DNA from: Candidatus Tepidifontimicrobium thermophilum
GTDB taxonomy: Bacteria > Sysuimicrobiota > Sysuimicrobiia > Sysuimicrobiales > Sysuimicrobiaceae
Assembly: GCA_031459915.1 (NCBI GenBank)
Contig: JAVKHO010000004.1
Location: 64,001-128,000 of the forward strand
DNA: 64,000 nt
Direction: 5' to 3'
Below are positions 20,144 to 29,035 of the stretch, one piece after another. Made by a program: the position numbers and the translations under genes. The notes below the pieces were generated by a model, which saw only the letters and a program-made list of their open reading frames with translations, did no database searches and was not told where the DNA came from. Positions within the stretch are counted from its first letter, which is position 1. Every line of letters begins with the position of its first letter.

Positions 20144-21481
20144 TCAGGGACGTATGCCTTCTACCGCCGCGGACGCCACCACCGCCTCCAGGGGCGGGGT
20201 CGTGCGGTTCAGCTGCGACTGCACCTCCCGGGTGGTGGGAAGCGGCCCGTCCACGGTCCAGTACCGGGTGCCCGCCACCAGCAGCGTCTCCGCCGGGAAG
20301 CGGGTGATCACCTCGCAGCCGTCCTTGGTCACCACCAGCTGCTCCTCGATGCGGGCCGCGGACCACCCGTCCCGGGCCGGCCAGAAGGTCTCCAGGGCGA
20401 ATACCATCCCCTCCTCGATGACCTCCGGGTGGTCGAAGGACACCAGGCGGCTGAAGATGGGTTTCTCCCAGATCGAGAGCCCTACCCCGTGGCCGTACTG
20501 AAGGGCGAAGGCGGCTTCCTCGTTGGCAAACCCGAACTCCTCCGCCCTGGGCCACACCTTCACCACGTCCGCGGTGGTCACCCCCGGCCTGATGAGGCTG
20601 ATGGCCGCGTCCAGGTAGTCCCGGCAGCGCTTGTAGGCGTCCACCATGGCCGGGGAGGCGCTCCCCACCACGAAGGTGCGGTAGTAACAGGTCCGGTAGC
20701 CGTTGAAGCTGTGGAGGATGTCAAAGTACACGGGGTCCCCGGGCCGCAGCACGCGGTCCGTGTACACGTGCGGGTGCGGATTGCACCGCTCCCCGCTGAT
20801 GGCGTTGACGCCCTCCACGTGCTCGGAGCCCAGGTCGTAGAGGATCTTGGCCACCAGCCCCACGCACTCGTTCTCCCGTACGCCCGGGCGCAGGAACTTG
20901 TACAGTTCCTCGTACGCCGCGTCCACCATCATGCAGGCGGTCGCCAGCAGGGTGATCTCGTCCTGGGTCTTGATCTTGCGGGCCTCCTGCATGAGGGGCT
21001 GGCCGTCCACCACCCGCAACCCCTCCTCCTGCAGGGCGAACAGCACGGGCGGCTCCACCACGTCCACGCCCACGGGTTCCCGGTGCAGCCCGCGGGCCTC
21101 CAGCTCCACCCGGATCTTGCGGGCCACGTCCCTGGCCCGCTCGGGGTAGGCGCCCCGGAGGGTGGAGATCCCCGCCCTCGACCGCTCGCCCAGCCACGGG
21201 CAGTACAGCTGGTGGTGGCGCGCCGCGGAGCCGAAGTCCCACAGGAGAGGCTCGTCGTCCTGCGGCAGCAGGCAGAAGCGCACCAGCTTGTCCATGGCCC
21301 AGGTGCCGATGTGGGTGGCGGTGATGTACCGGATGTTGTTCATGTCGAAACACAGCAGGGAGCCCAGCTCGGACTGCTTCAGCAGCCCCTTGACCCGTGC
21401 CAGCCGCTCCCGGCGCAGGCGCTCGTAATCCACTCGCGCCTCCCAGTCCACCCCCATGAGGCCGTACGTCTTGATTCCCAT
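20144..21481 (-). CDS. M24 (Xaa-Pro peptidase-fold) hydrolase
   Basis: ARKIKTQDEI, FDIL...GYRTCYYRTF, GHGVGL, FALET, ARIEE. Confidence 0.82.
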   Translation of the reverse strand: MGIKTYGLMGVDWEARVDYERLRRERLARVKGLLKQSELGSLLCFDMNNIRYITATHIGTWAMDKLVRFCLLPQDDEPLLWDFGSAARHHQLYCPWLGERSRAGISTLRGAYPERARDVARKIRVELEARGLHREPVGVDVVEPPVLFALQEEGLRVVDGQPLMQEARKIKTQDEITLLATACMMVDAAYEELYKFLRPGVRENECVGLVAKILYDLGSEHVEGVNAISGERCNPHPHVYTDRVLRPGDPVYFDILHSFNGYRTCYYRTFVVGSASPAMVDAYKRCRDYLDAAISLIRPGVTTADVVKVWPRAEEFGFANEEAAFALQYGHGVGLSIWEKPIFSRLVSFDHPEVIEEGMVFALETFWPARDGWSAARIEEQLVVTKDGCEVITRFPAETLLVAGTRYWTVDGPLPTTREVQSQLNRTTPPLEAVVASAAVEGIRP

Positions 21482-21508
21482 CGCCCGCACCTCCTTTCCA
21501 CGCCCGGC

Positions 21509-22534
21509 CTAGTTCCGGCCACAGAGCTCCCGCGCCACCGACGCCACCTGCTCCGGGGTGGGCACCGTCTGGTCCTCCAGGACCGGCGAGAACGGGACCG
21601 GCACGTCCAGGGCCCCGACCCGGCGCACAGGGGCCTCCAGGTCGTAAAAGGCCTCCTCCGCGATGGTCGCCGCCAGCTCCGCGGTGACCCCGTACCGGCG
21701 GTGCCCCTCGTCCACCACCACCACCCTTCCCGTCTTCCGCGCGCTCCGCACCAGGGTCTCCACGTCCAGGGGGAAGATCGTACGGGGGTCCACCACCTCT
21801 GCGGAGATCCCGTCCTGCTCCAGCAGCTCGGCGGCCTCCAGGGCCACGTACACCATGCTGCTGGTGGCCACCAGGGTGACGTCCCGCCCCGGCCGCTTCA
21901 CGTCCGCCACCCCGAAGGGGATGGTGTACTCCTCCTCCGGGACCGGACCCTTGACCTGGTACATCATCTTGTCCTCGAAGAACAGCACCGGGTTGTCGTC
22001 ACGGATGGCGGTCTTCAGCAGGCCCTTGGCGTCGTAAGGGGTGGAGGGGACCGCTACCTTCAAACCCGGGATGTGGGCGAACCAGGCGTGCAGGCTCTGG
22101 CTGTGTTGCGCCGCGGAACGCCGGGTGGCCCCCAGGGTGGTTCGGATCACCAGCGGGACTTTCAGCTTGCCGCCGGACATGTAGTGCACCTTGGCCGCCT
22201 GGTTCACGATCTGGTCCATAGCCAGGGTCAGGAAGTCCCCGAACATGATGTCCACCACGGGGCGCATGCCGGTCATGGCGGCACCGACCGCGATCCCCAC
22301 GAAGCCCGCCTCGGAGATGGGGGTATCGATCACCCGCTGCGGCCCGAACTCGTCCACGAGTCCTGAAAGGACCTTAAAGGGGGTGCCGGCTTCTGCCACG
22401 TCCTCGCCCAGGAGGAACACCCGGGGGTCCCGGCGCATCTCCTCGGCCAACGCCTCTCGGATCGCCTGGGCCAGGGTGATCTCCCGGACCGTACCGACTG
22501 CGGGCCCGCGCGCCGCCGCGCTAGGCGTAGACAT
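21509..22534 (-). CDS. TPP-dependent 2-oxoacid/acetoin dehydrogenase E1 beta
   Basis: GEDVA, DTPISEAG, AQHSQS, DNPVLFFE. Confidence 0.92.
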   Translation of the reverse strand: MSTPSAAARGPAVGTVREITLAQAIREALAEEMRRDPRVFLLGEDVAEAGTPFKVLSGLVDEFGPQRVIDTPISEAGFVGIAVGAAMTGMRPVVDIMFGDFLTLAMDQIVNQAAKVHYMSGGKLKVPLVIRTTLGATRRSAAQHSQSLHAWFAHIPGLKVAVPSTPYDAKGLLKTAIRDDNPVLFFEDKMMYQVKGPVPEEEYTIPFGVADVKRPGRDVTLVATSSMVYVALEAAELLEQDGISAEVVDPRTIFPLDVETLVRSARKTGRVVVVDEGHRRYGVTAELAATIAEEAFYDLEAPVRRVGALDVPVPFSPVLEDQTVPTPEQVASVARELCGRN

Positions 22535-23534
22535 GCTGCGTCACCTCGCTGGGGTCCGGGTAGGGCGCTTGCAGGGCGTAGGCCACGCCCTGGGCCACCT
22601 CCTCCCGGGCTGCGCGTTCTGCGGCTTCGAACTCCTCCGGGGACGCTAGCCCGGCTGCGGTCATCCAGCCCCTCAGCAGCTTCAGGGGGTCGCGTTGCGC
22701 CTTCCAGGTCTCCTCCTCCTCCCGGCTCCGGTAGTAGGAGCGGTCCACGTCGCCCACGTGATGCCCGAAGTACCGGTAGGTGTTGCACAGGAGGAAGCTG
22801 GGGCCGTCCCCCCGACGCGCCCGGGCCACCGCGCGCCGCGCCGCCGCCAGCACCTGGCGCACGTCCTGTCCGTCCACTTCCTCCGCGGGGATGCCGAACG
22901 CCCGCGGCCGCGCTAGGATGTCCCCCGCGGTGGTCTCCCGGTAGTGGGTGTACTCGTTGTACAGGTTGTTCTCGCAGACGTACACCACGGGCAGCTTCCA
23001 CAGGGAGGCCATGTTCATGACCTCGTACAGCAACCCCTGACCCAGGGCTCCTTCCCCGAAGAAGCACACCGACACCTGGTCCGTGCCGCGCAGCTTCGCC
23101 GACAGGGCCGCCCCCGTGGCGATGCCCGCGCTCCCGCCCACGATGGCGTTGGCGCCCAGGTTGCCGGACTCTGGGTCTGCGATGTGCATGGACCCGCCCT
23201 TCCCCCGGCAGTACCCCTCCGCCTTGCCCAACAGCTCGCAGAACATGCGGTCCACCCGGGCGCCCTTGGCCAGGCAGTGGCCGTGGCCGCGGTGGGTGCT
23301 GGTGATGGTGTCCTCAGGACGCAGGGCCTCACACACCCCCACCGCTACGGCTTCCTCACCGATGTACAGGTGCGCCAGCCCGGGCATCCGCCGGCTCAGG
23401 TACAGCTCGTTGACCTGCTCCTCGAAGGCCCGGATGGTGGCCATCAGTCGGTACATCCGCAGCCAGTCCACGGCGGAGAGGTCCTGGACCTCTTCGGGCA
23501 GCTCCGCTTGGTTCACGGTGACCGGTGTGTGCAT
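22521..23534 (-). CDS. TPP-dependent 2-oxoacid/acetoin dehydrogenase E1 alpha
   Basis: HLYIGEEA, STHRGHGH, GKGGSMH, TPP motif FGEGA...ENN, YRYFGH. Confidence 0.92.
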   Translation of the reverse strand: MHTPVTVNQAELPEEVQDLSAVDWLRMYRLMATIRAFEEQVNELYLSRRMPGLAHLYIGEEAVAVGVCEALRPEDTITSTHRGHGHCLAKGARVDRMFCELLGKAEGYCRGKGGSMHIADPESGNLGANAIVGGSAGIATGAALSAKLRGTDQVSVCFFGEGALGQGLLYEVMNMASLWKLPVVYVCENNLYNEYTHYRETTAGDILARPRAFGIPAEEVDGQDVRQVLAAARRAVARARRGDGPSFLLCNTYRYFGHHVGDVDRSYYRSREEEETWKAQRDPLKLLRGWMTAAGLASPEEFEAAERAAREEVAQGVAYALQAPYPDPSEVTQHVYA

Positions 23535-23546
23535 CCCTTCCCCTCC

Positions 23547-24437
23547 TCACCGGAGCTCTGGGTCACGGCCTGCCAGCCGAGAGAGCACCTCGAACAGCAC
23601 CGCGAAGTCGTAGCCCGCCAGCCCGAGCCCGCGGGCCGCGGTCAGGTACTCGTTGGTGGTGGCGGTGGTGGGCAGGGGGACGTTGAGCTCCCGGCCCATC
23701 TCCAGCGCCAGCAGGAGGTCCTTCTGCATCATGTTGACGTCGAACCACGCCTCCTCCGGCATCCGCAGCACGAAGGGACCTCGGTACTTCAGCATGGGCG
23801 AGGCGGCGACGCTGTTCAGCAGCACGTGCACCGCGGTCTCCCGGGGAATCCCGCCGCGCTCGGCCAACAGCAGCCCCTCGCTGAAGGCCAGCATCTGCAC
23901 CGCGAGGCTCAGGTTCGTGGCCACCTTCATGAGCACCGCCTGGCCGTTGCCGCCCACGTGGGTCACCACGGGCCCGATGTCCTGCAGGATAGGGCGGACG
24001 CGCTCGAAGGCGTCGCGGTCTCCGCCCACCATGATGGACAGGCGCCCCTCCTCCAGGGTCACCACGCTGCCCGACACCGGAGCGTCCAGCATCTGCGCAC
24101 CCCGCTGGCGGACCCGCTCCGCCAGGGCCCGGCTGGCCGCGGGGCTCACGGTGCTCATGTCCACGTACACCTTGCCCGGGCCCAGCCCCGCCAGGATCCC
24201 GTCCGGCCCCTCCGTGACCGCCTGCAGGGCCTTCGTGTCGGTGACCATGGAGAACACCACGTCCGCGGCCTCCGCCACCTGTCGGGGGCTTCCGGCCCAC
24301 TCCATCCCGAGATCCACCAGCCACTGGGCCTTGGCCCGGGTCCGGTTGTAGCCCACCACGCGCCGGCCCGCGTCCAGCAGGCGTTTCACCATACGGCTGC
24401 CCATGACCCCCAGGCCCACGAACCCGATCCTGTCCAA
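23547..24437 (-). CDS. NAD(P)-dependent beta-hydroxyacid dehydrogenase (paralogue of 18059..18946)
   Basis: GFVGLGVMG, DMSTV, LDAPVSG, MKVATN. Confidence 0.88.
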   Translation of the reverse strand: MDRIGFVGLGVMGSRMVKRLLDAGRRVVGYNRTRAKAQWLVDLGMEWAGSPRQVAEAADVVFSMVTDTKALQAVTEGPDGILAGLGPGKVYVDMSTVSPAASRALAERVRQRGAQMLDAPVSGSVVTLEEGRLSIMVGGDRDAFERVRPILQDIGPVVTHVGGNGQAVLMKVATNLSLAVQMLAFSEGLLLAERGGIPRETAVHVLLNSVAASPMLKYRGPFVLRMPEEAWFDVNMMQKDLLLALEMGRELNVPLPTTATTNEYLTAARGLGLAGYDFAVLFEVLSRLAGRDPELR

Positions 24438-24440
24438 GTC

Positions 24441-25163
24441 TCACCCTCCTCCCGTGCGGCCGTCGCTGCCGTCGGTGTGCAGGACCCTGCGGATGTCCTC
24501 GTGAACCCGCCCCAGGTGCTCCGCCATGCGCAGCCGCGCTGCGCCCGGATCCCCCGCCCGCACCGCCTCCAGGATCGACCGGTGCTGCGCCAGGGACTTC
24601 TGGGGACTTCCGGGGATGTAGTAGACGCTGGCCAGCGCCCGGTGAAGGGGATCCCGGATGGCCCGCATCACGTATACCGCCACCCGGTTGCGGGTCGCCT
24701 CGGCCACCGTGAGGTGGAACCGCAGGTCCGCCTCGATGTAGTGCGTCTGCGAACTCAAGCCCGCTTCCATCTGGCGGATGGCCTCCTCCATCCGGAGGAG
24801 GTGGCCGTCCGTGCGGCGGGCCGCCGCCAGGGCCGCGAACTCCGTCTCCAGCACCTTCCGGATCTCGTACAGCTCCTCCAGGTCGAAGGCCTCCAAGGTG
24901 AGCAGGAAACGGACCGAGTCCACCAGGGCGTTGCCGTACTCCGCCACCACGAAGGAGCCGTGCCCCGCGGACCGGATCACGCCCTTGGACTCCAGCAGCC
25001 GTAGCGCCTCCCGCACGGAGGACCGCCCGACCCCGTACCGCCGGGCCAGCTCGTGCTCCGGAGGGAGGCTGTCGCCCGGGCTCAGACGGCGCTGGCGGAT
25101 CTGGTGCAGCAGGCGTTCCGCCACCAGCTGGTATACCTTCGGGCGCTGGACGGGCTCGTACAC
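24441..25163 (-). CDS. GntR/FadR-family transcriptional regulator (FCD domain)
   Basis: LPPEHELARRYGVGRSSVREAL wHTH; D.RFH...N, H..I...I, MAEHL FCD motifs. Confidence 0.92.
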   Translation of the reverse strand: MYEPVQRPKVYQLVAERLLHQIRQRRLSPGDSLPPEHELARRYGVGRSSVREALRLLESKGVIRSAGHGSFVVAEYGNALVDSVRFLLTLEAFDLEELYEIRKVLETEFAALAAARRTDGHLLRMEEAIRQMEAGLSSQTHYIEADLRFHLTVAEATRNRVAVYVMRAIRDPLHRALASVYYIPGSPQKSLAQHRSILEAVRAGDPGAARLRMAEHLGRVHEDIRRVLHTDGSDGRTGGG

Positions 25164-25164
25164 G

Positions 25165-27063
25165 TCAGTCCACCACCGGTTTTCCGGTTAGCTCCACGGG
25201 TTGCGGGACCAGCGGAGGACGCTTCAGGAGCCTGTGGCGCTGCCACAGGTAGACCAGGACGAACAGCCCGATGCCGGCGAGGTCCGTTCCCAGGGTGGGG
25301 ATGAAGCACAGGACCGTGGCCGCGGCCAGCACCAGCCACTCCAGCAGGTTGGTCCGGACCAGGAAGTACGCTGTGCTCATGATGGAAAACGCCACCGTGC
25401 CCACTACGGAGGAGATGGCGGCCCACAGGTTCTCCTGCCACGTGCCCGTCATGAGGACGTGGGTGTACGCGAACAGGACCGGCATGACGTAGATCATCTT
25501 CGCGAAACGGAAGCTATTCCAGCCGGTCCTCCACGGGTCCGCCTGGGCCAGGGCCGCTGCGGTGTACGCCCCCAGGGCCACGGGCGGGGTGATGTTGGAG
25601 TCCAGACTCAGCCAGAAGATGATCATGTGAGCCGACAGCAACGGGATGCCCATCTGCACCAGGGCGGGTGCCGCCACCACCGCCAGCACGAGGTAGGCGG
25701 CCGTGATGGGCATACCCATTCCCAGCACGAAACTCGCGGCGGCCACCAGCAGCAGCGCCACCGGTAGACTCCCTCCGGACACCTCCAGCACCAGCTGGCT
25801 GAACCGCACCCCGATCCCCGTAAGGGTCACCACGGCCACCACGATCCCGATGGCTCCCGTGGCCGCCGCCACATAGGTGCTGTTGCGGCCCGCGTCCACC
25901 AACGCCTCCCACAGCTCCCGGGGGCCCATGCGGGTCTCCCGCCGCAGCCAGCTGACCGCCACGGTGCTCAGGATGCTGGCGATCACCGCCAGGGACGCGG
26001 ACGTGGTGCGCACGAGAACCGCCACGAGAACCACCACGGGAAGCAGCAGGTACCAGCCCCCCTTCAGCACGTCCCGCAACCGGGGGATCTGCTCCGGCGG
26101 GAGCCCTTCCAGCCCGAGCTTGCGCGCCTCGCAGTACACCATCACCCCCACCCCGAGGAAATAGAGGAGGCCGGGGAGCATGGCGATGGCCGCGATGCGG
26201 GCGTACGGGGTCTGGGTGAGCTCCGCCATGATGAAGGCCCCCGCACCCATGACGGGAGGCAGGATCATCCCGCCCGTGGACGCCGCGGCCTCCACGGCTG
26301 CAGCGATGTGCGGGGGAAACCCACACCGCTTCATCAGGGGGATGGTGAAGGCGCCGGTCGTGGCGGTGTTGGCCACGGGACTGCCGTTGATGGACCCGAA
26401 CAGGGCGCTGCTGACCACCGCGACCTGGGCGGGCCCCCCCCGCATCCGCCCTACCAGGGCTACGGACAGGTCCATGAAGAACTTGGCCACCCCTGCCCGC
26501 ATGAGGAACGCGCCGAAGGCCACGAAGGGCAGGATGTAGGTCCCCAGGATGTCCGGCATGACGCCGAACAGACCCTCCGGGGTCAGGTAGAAGTACTCGA
26601 CCACCCTCCGCAGGCTGAAGCCGCGGTGGCCCACCACCGACGGCAGGTAATTCCCCCACAGGGCATAGGCCACGAGGAGCAGCGCCACCACCGTCATGGA
26701 CGCCCCCAGGACCCGGCGGGTGGTCTCCACCGCCAGGGCTAGGGCTACCACCCCCATGGCCACGTCCACGGCACTGAAGCTGCCCGCACGGTAGGCGAGG
26801 CCCTCGTACTGGACGATCCAGTAACCGGCCACCACGCAGCCCGCCGCAGCCAGCAGCACGTCCGCCCAGCTGGGCCGGTCCGCAGGCGAGCGCCGGGTGC
26901 CCCGGTGGAGGAGGAAGGCGGCTGCGAAGGCGTAGGCCACCGCCACCCCGCGGTGGTACTGAAGGCTGGTGACCCCGAAGGCGGCGGTCCACAGGTAGTA
27001 CACGACCGCGGCCGCCAGCCCCAGCTGGACGAACCGGTCCCAGGGGGGTGTCAGGTTACGCAT
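25165..27063 (-). CDS. TRAP transporter fused 4TM/12TM permease
   Basis: GGPAQVAVVSS..FGSINGS, EAAASTGG, LGMGMP..AAY, TPPVAL. Confidence 0.92.
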   Translation of the reverse strand: MRNLTPPWDRFVQLGLAAAVVYYLWTAAFGVTSLQYHRGVAVAYAFAAAFLLHRGTRRSPADRPSWADVLLAAAGCVVAGYWIVQYEGLAYRAGSFSAVDVAMGVVALALAVETTRRVLGASMTVVALLLVAYALWGNYLPSVVGHRGFSLRRVVEYFYLTPEGLFGVMPDILGTYILPFVAFGAFLMRAGVAKFFMDLSVALVGRMRGGPAQVAVVSSALFGSINGSPVANTATTGAFTIPLMKRCGFPPHIAAAVEAAASTGGMILPPVMGAGAFIMAELTQTPYARIAAIAMLPGLLYFLGVGVMVYCEARKLGLEGLPPEQIPRLRDVLKGGWYLLLPVVVLVAVLVRTTSASLAVIASILSTVAVSWLRRETRMGPRELWEALVDAGRNSTYVAAATGAIGIVVAVVTLTGIGVRFSQLVLEVSGGSLPVALLLVAAASFVLGMGMPITAAYLVLAVVAAPALVQMGIPLLSAHMIIFWLSLDSNITPPVALGAYTAAALAQADPWRTGWNSFRFAKMIYVMPVLFAYTHVLMTGTWQENLWAAISSVVGTVAFSIMSTAYFLVRTNLLEWLVLAAATVLCFIPTLGTDLAGIGLFVLVYLWQRHRLLKRPPLVPQPVELTGKPVVD

Positions 27064-27069
27064 CCGGGA

Positions 27070-28071
27070 TTAGCGGGCCCGGATGGACTCCGGGATGTCC
27101 AACCCGACCGACCGCCAGTGGGCTTCCGCACCGGGGTGCAGCGGGATGCTCACCCCGAGGAGCGCCCGGCGGCTGGTCATGTCCGCCGAGGCGCCGTGGA
27201 CCTGCAACATGTGCGCGTGGCCCTCTCGGCTGTAGGCGGCGGCCACCAGCCGTCGTACCAGGTCTGCGGGCACGTCCTTGTGGACGAACCACAGACCCGG
27301 CAGCCCGACCGTGGTAACGGAGTCGGTGAGGCCGTTGTAGCCGCGGGCCGGTACCACGTACCGGGTGAAGTACGGGTACTTACGGAAGAAGTCGGTCCGG
27401 GAAAGCGGCCCGTACAGGTCCAGGAGCTGGACTTCCTTGGCGATGGCGGCCTCGATGGTGGCCCGGTCCGGGTAGGGGCCGGTGTAGTAGAAGGCCTCCA
27501 CGCGCCCGTCCCGCAGGGCTCCGGCGGCCGCAGAGCCAAGCAGGGGAACCCGCTGGATGCGGTCCCACAGGCCGAGCTCGCCAAAGATCCGCTGGGCGTT
27601 GCTGAACGTTCCAGAGCCGGGAGAGCCCACGGCCACCCGCTTACCGGCCAGGTCTGCCACCGCGCGGATGCCGCTGTCCCTGTACGTCACCAGGTGCCCC
27701 ACTCCCACGAACAACAGGCCGACGGCCCGGATGTTCCGCTGGGGACTGCCCTGGAAGGCCTCTACCCCGAAGTACCCCTCGTGGACGTCGCTGGCGAAGG
27801 CCACGGCCATCTCCGCGTCCCCGGCGTTCACGCGGCGCACGTTCTCCACGGAGCCGCCGGTGGCCGCCACGCTCACCTCCACCCCGGGCACGTTGCGGGA
27901 CAGGAATGTGGCCAGGCCAGTGGCGAACACGTTGAAGATCCCTGCAGCAGGGCCCCCGAGGATGGTGACCCGGGCCGTGGCGGGCCCGGCGAGGGCCCCA
28001 CCGGACGAGGAGGCCACCAGCATCAGCACACACGTCAAGCCCAGGACCCTGGCCCAGCTCCACCGCCGCAT
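27070..28071 (-). CDS. TAXI-family TRAP solute-binding protein
   Basis: Signal peptide, ATGGSVENV, DLAGKRVAVGSPGSGT, IPLHPGA. Confidence 0.92.
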   Translation of the reverse strand: MRRWSWARVLGLTCVLMLVASSSGGALAGPATARVTILGGPAAGIFNVFATGLATFLSRNVPGVEVSVAATGGSVENVRRVNAGDAEMAVAFASDVHEGYFGVEAFQGSPQRNIRAVGLLFVGVGHLVTYRDSGIRAVADLAGKRVAVGSPGSGTFSNAQRIFGELGLWDRIQRVPLLGSAAAGALRDGRVEAFYYTGPYPDRATIEAAIAKEVQLLDLYGPLSRTDFFRKYPYFTRYVVPARGYNGLTDSVTTVGLPGLWFVHKDVPADLVRRLVAAAYSREGHAHMLQVHGASADMTSRRALLGVSIPLHPGAEAHWRSVGLDIPESIRAR

Positions 28072-28097
28072 AGGACGTCCCCCCTTCTCCACCGGTC

Positions 28098-28114
28098 GGT
28101 CTGATTGTCAGACA
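28098..28114. promoter_or_regulatory. Putative GntR/FadR operator upstream of the catabolic operon
   Basis: GGTCTGATTGTCAGACA: inverted repeat GTCTGA-N3-TCAGAC overlapping the palindrome TGTC-A-GACA. Confidence 0.55.
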
Positions 28115-28165
28115 GTCTTATTCGCGCATCCTGGGGGAGACTCCTTCCGCGTTGACAGGGAAAGT

Positions 28166-28522
28166 TGGTGGAGGCGGCGGGAATCGAACCCGCGTCCTGA
28201 ACAGGTGAGGGCGAGGCGTCTACGCGCGTAGCCTGCGATTTGCTCTCGCCTGGGGCTCTCCCGCAGGCGGGATAGCCCGAGGCCCAGCTCCTTGGTTCTT
28301 AGCCCGGCCGCCCGGAGCGCGGCGACCGGGAGCAGCCGGCCTGGTCACGCCCCCTCCGGGCTCGCCGGCGGAGCCCAGGGAGACGGCCGCGGGGCTTAGG
28401 CCGCGGCAGCGAGAACAGGCTGGTTGACGCTTATTCGCGTCCGGTAGGTTGTTTTACGAGGATCCTACCAACCTCGGCGCGCAGCCCCGCTGCTTCCTGC
28501 CCAGTCGAGACCGTTCGCCCCC
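28166..28522 (-). ncRNA. ssrA: tmRNA
   Basis: 5' GGGGGCGAACGGTCTCGAC, 3' GGACGCGGGTTCGATTCCCGCCGCCTCCACCA; tag reading frame 28428-28396 VNQPVLAAAA*; directly downstream of smpB; TGnTAGAAT extended -10 at 28553-28561. Confidence 0.95.
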
Positions 28523-28558
28523 ACGGGAGAAACGGCCCACAGGGCCAGTTTCATTCTA

Positions 28559-29035
28559 TCACGCCCTGGCAGGCCGCCGCCGGCCCGCCAGGGCCCGGGC
28601 GATCTGTCGCTGCGCCTCCCGCTTCCGGATGTCCGCGCGCTTGTCGTACTGCTTCTTGCCCCGCGCCAGGGCCAGCTCCACCTTGGCGAGCCCCCTGCGG
28701 AAGTACACCCGCAGGGGGACCAGGGTGTAGCCACGCTCCTTGACCTTGCCCACCAGCCGCCGGATCTCCGCTCGGTGCAGCAGGAGCTTCCTGGGCCTCA
28801 GGGGGTCGTGGTTGAAGGGGCCCGCCTGCTCGTACGGCGCGATGTGCATGTTGACCAGCCACACCTCCCCGCCCCGCACCTTCGCGTACGCGTCCTGCAA
28901 CGAGGCGCGGCCGGCCCGCAGGCTCTTCACCTCACTGCCCAAAAGCTGCAGCCCGGCCTCGTACGTCTCCTCCAAGTGGTAGTCGTGGCGGGCCCGGCGG
29001 TTGGCGACTACCGTGCGCTCCCCTTCAGCGGGCAT
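28559..29035 (-). CDS. smpB: SsrA-binding protein
   Basis: NRRARHDY, EAG..L.GSEVKSLR, RKLLLH, GKKQYDKR. Confidence 0.97.
   Translation of the reverse strand: MPAEGERTVVANRRARHDYHLEETYEAGLQLLGSEVKSLRAGRASLQDAYAKVRGGEVWLVNMHIAPYEQAGPFNHDPLRPRKLLLHRAEIRRLVGKVKERGYTLVPLRVYFRRGLAKVELALARGKKQYDKRADIRKREAQRQIARALAGRRRPARA

Noticed and set aside
19586..22366. Very long plus-strand ORF (926 aa) and similar ones, e.g. 4360..6645, 22944..25004, 35329..37416, 37755..40340
   Set aside because: Antisense shadows of well-supported genes; stop codons are scarce at this GC content, and the translations have no recognisable motifs.
28166..28200. Catabolic run as a genomic island integrated at ssrA
   Set aside because: No integrase or att-like duplicate of the ssrA 3' end in the window; codon style looks like the core genes.
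28166..28240. Stand-alone tRNA on the minus strand
   Set aside because: It is the tRNA-like 3' domain of tmRNA; the matching 5' end is at 28522 with a tag reading frame in between.
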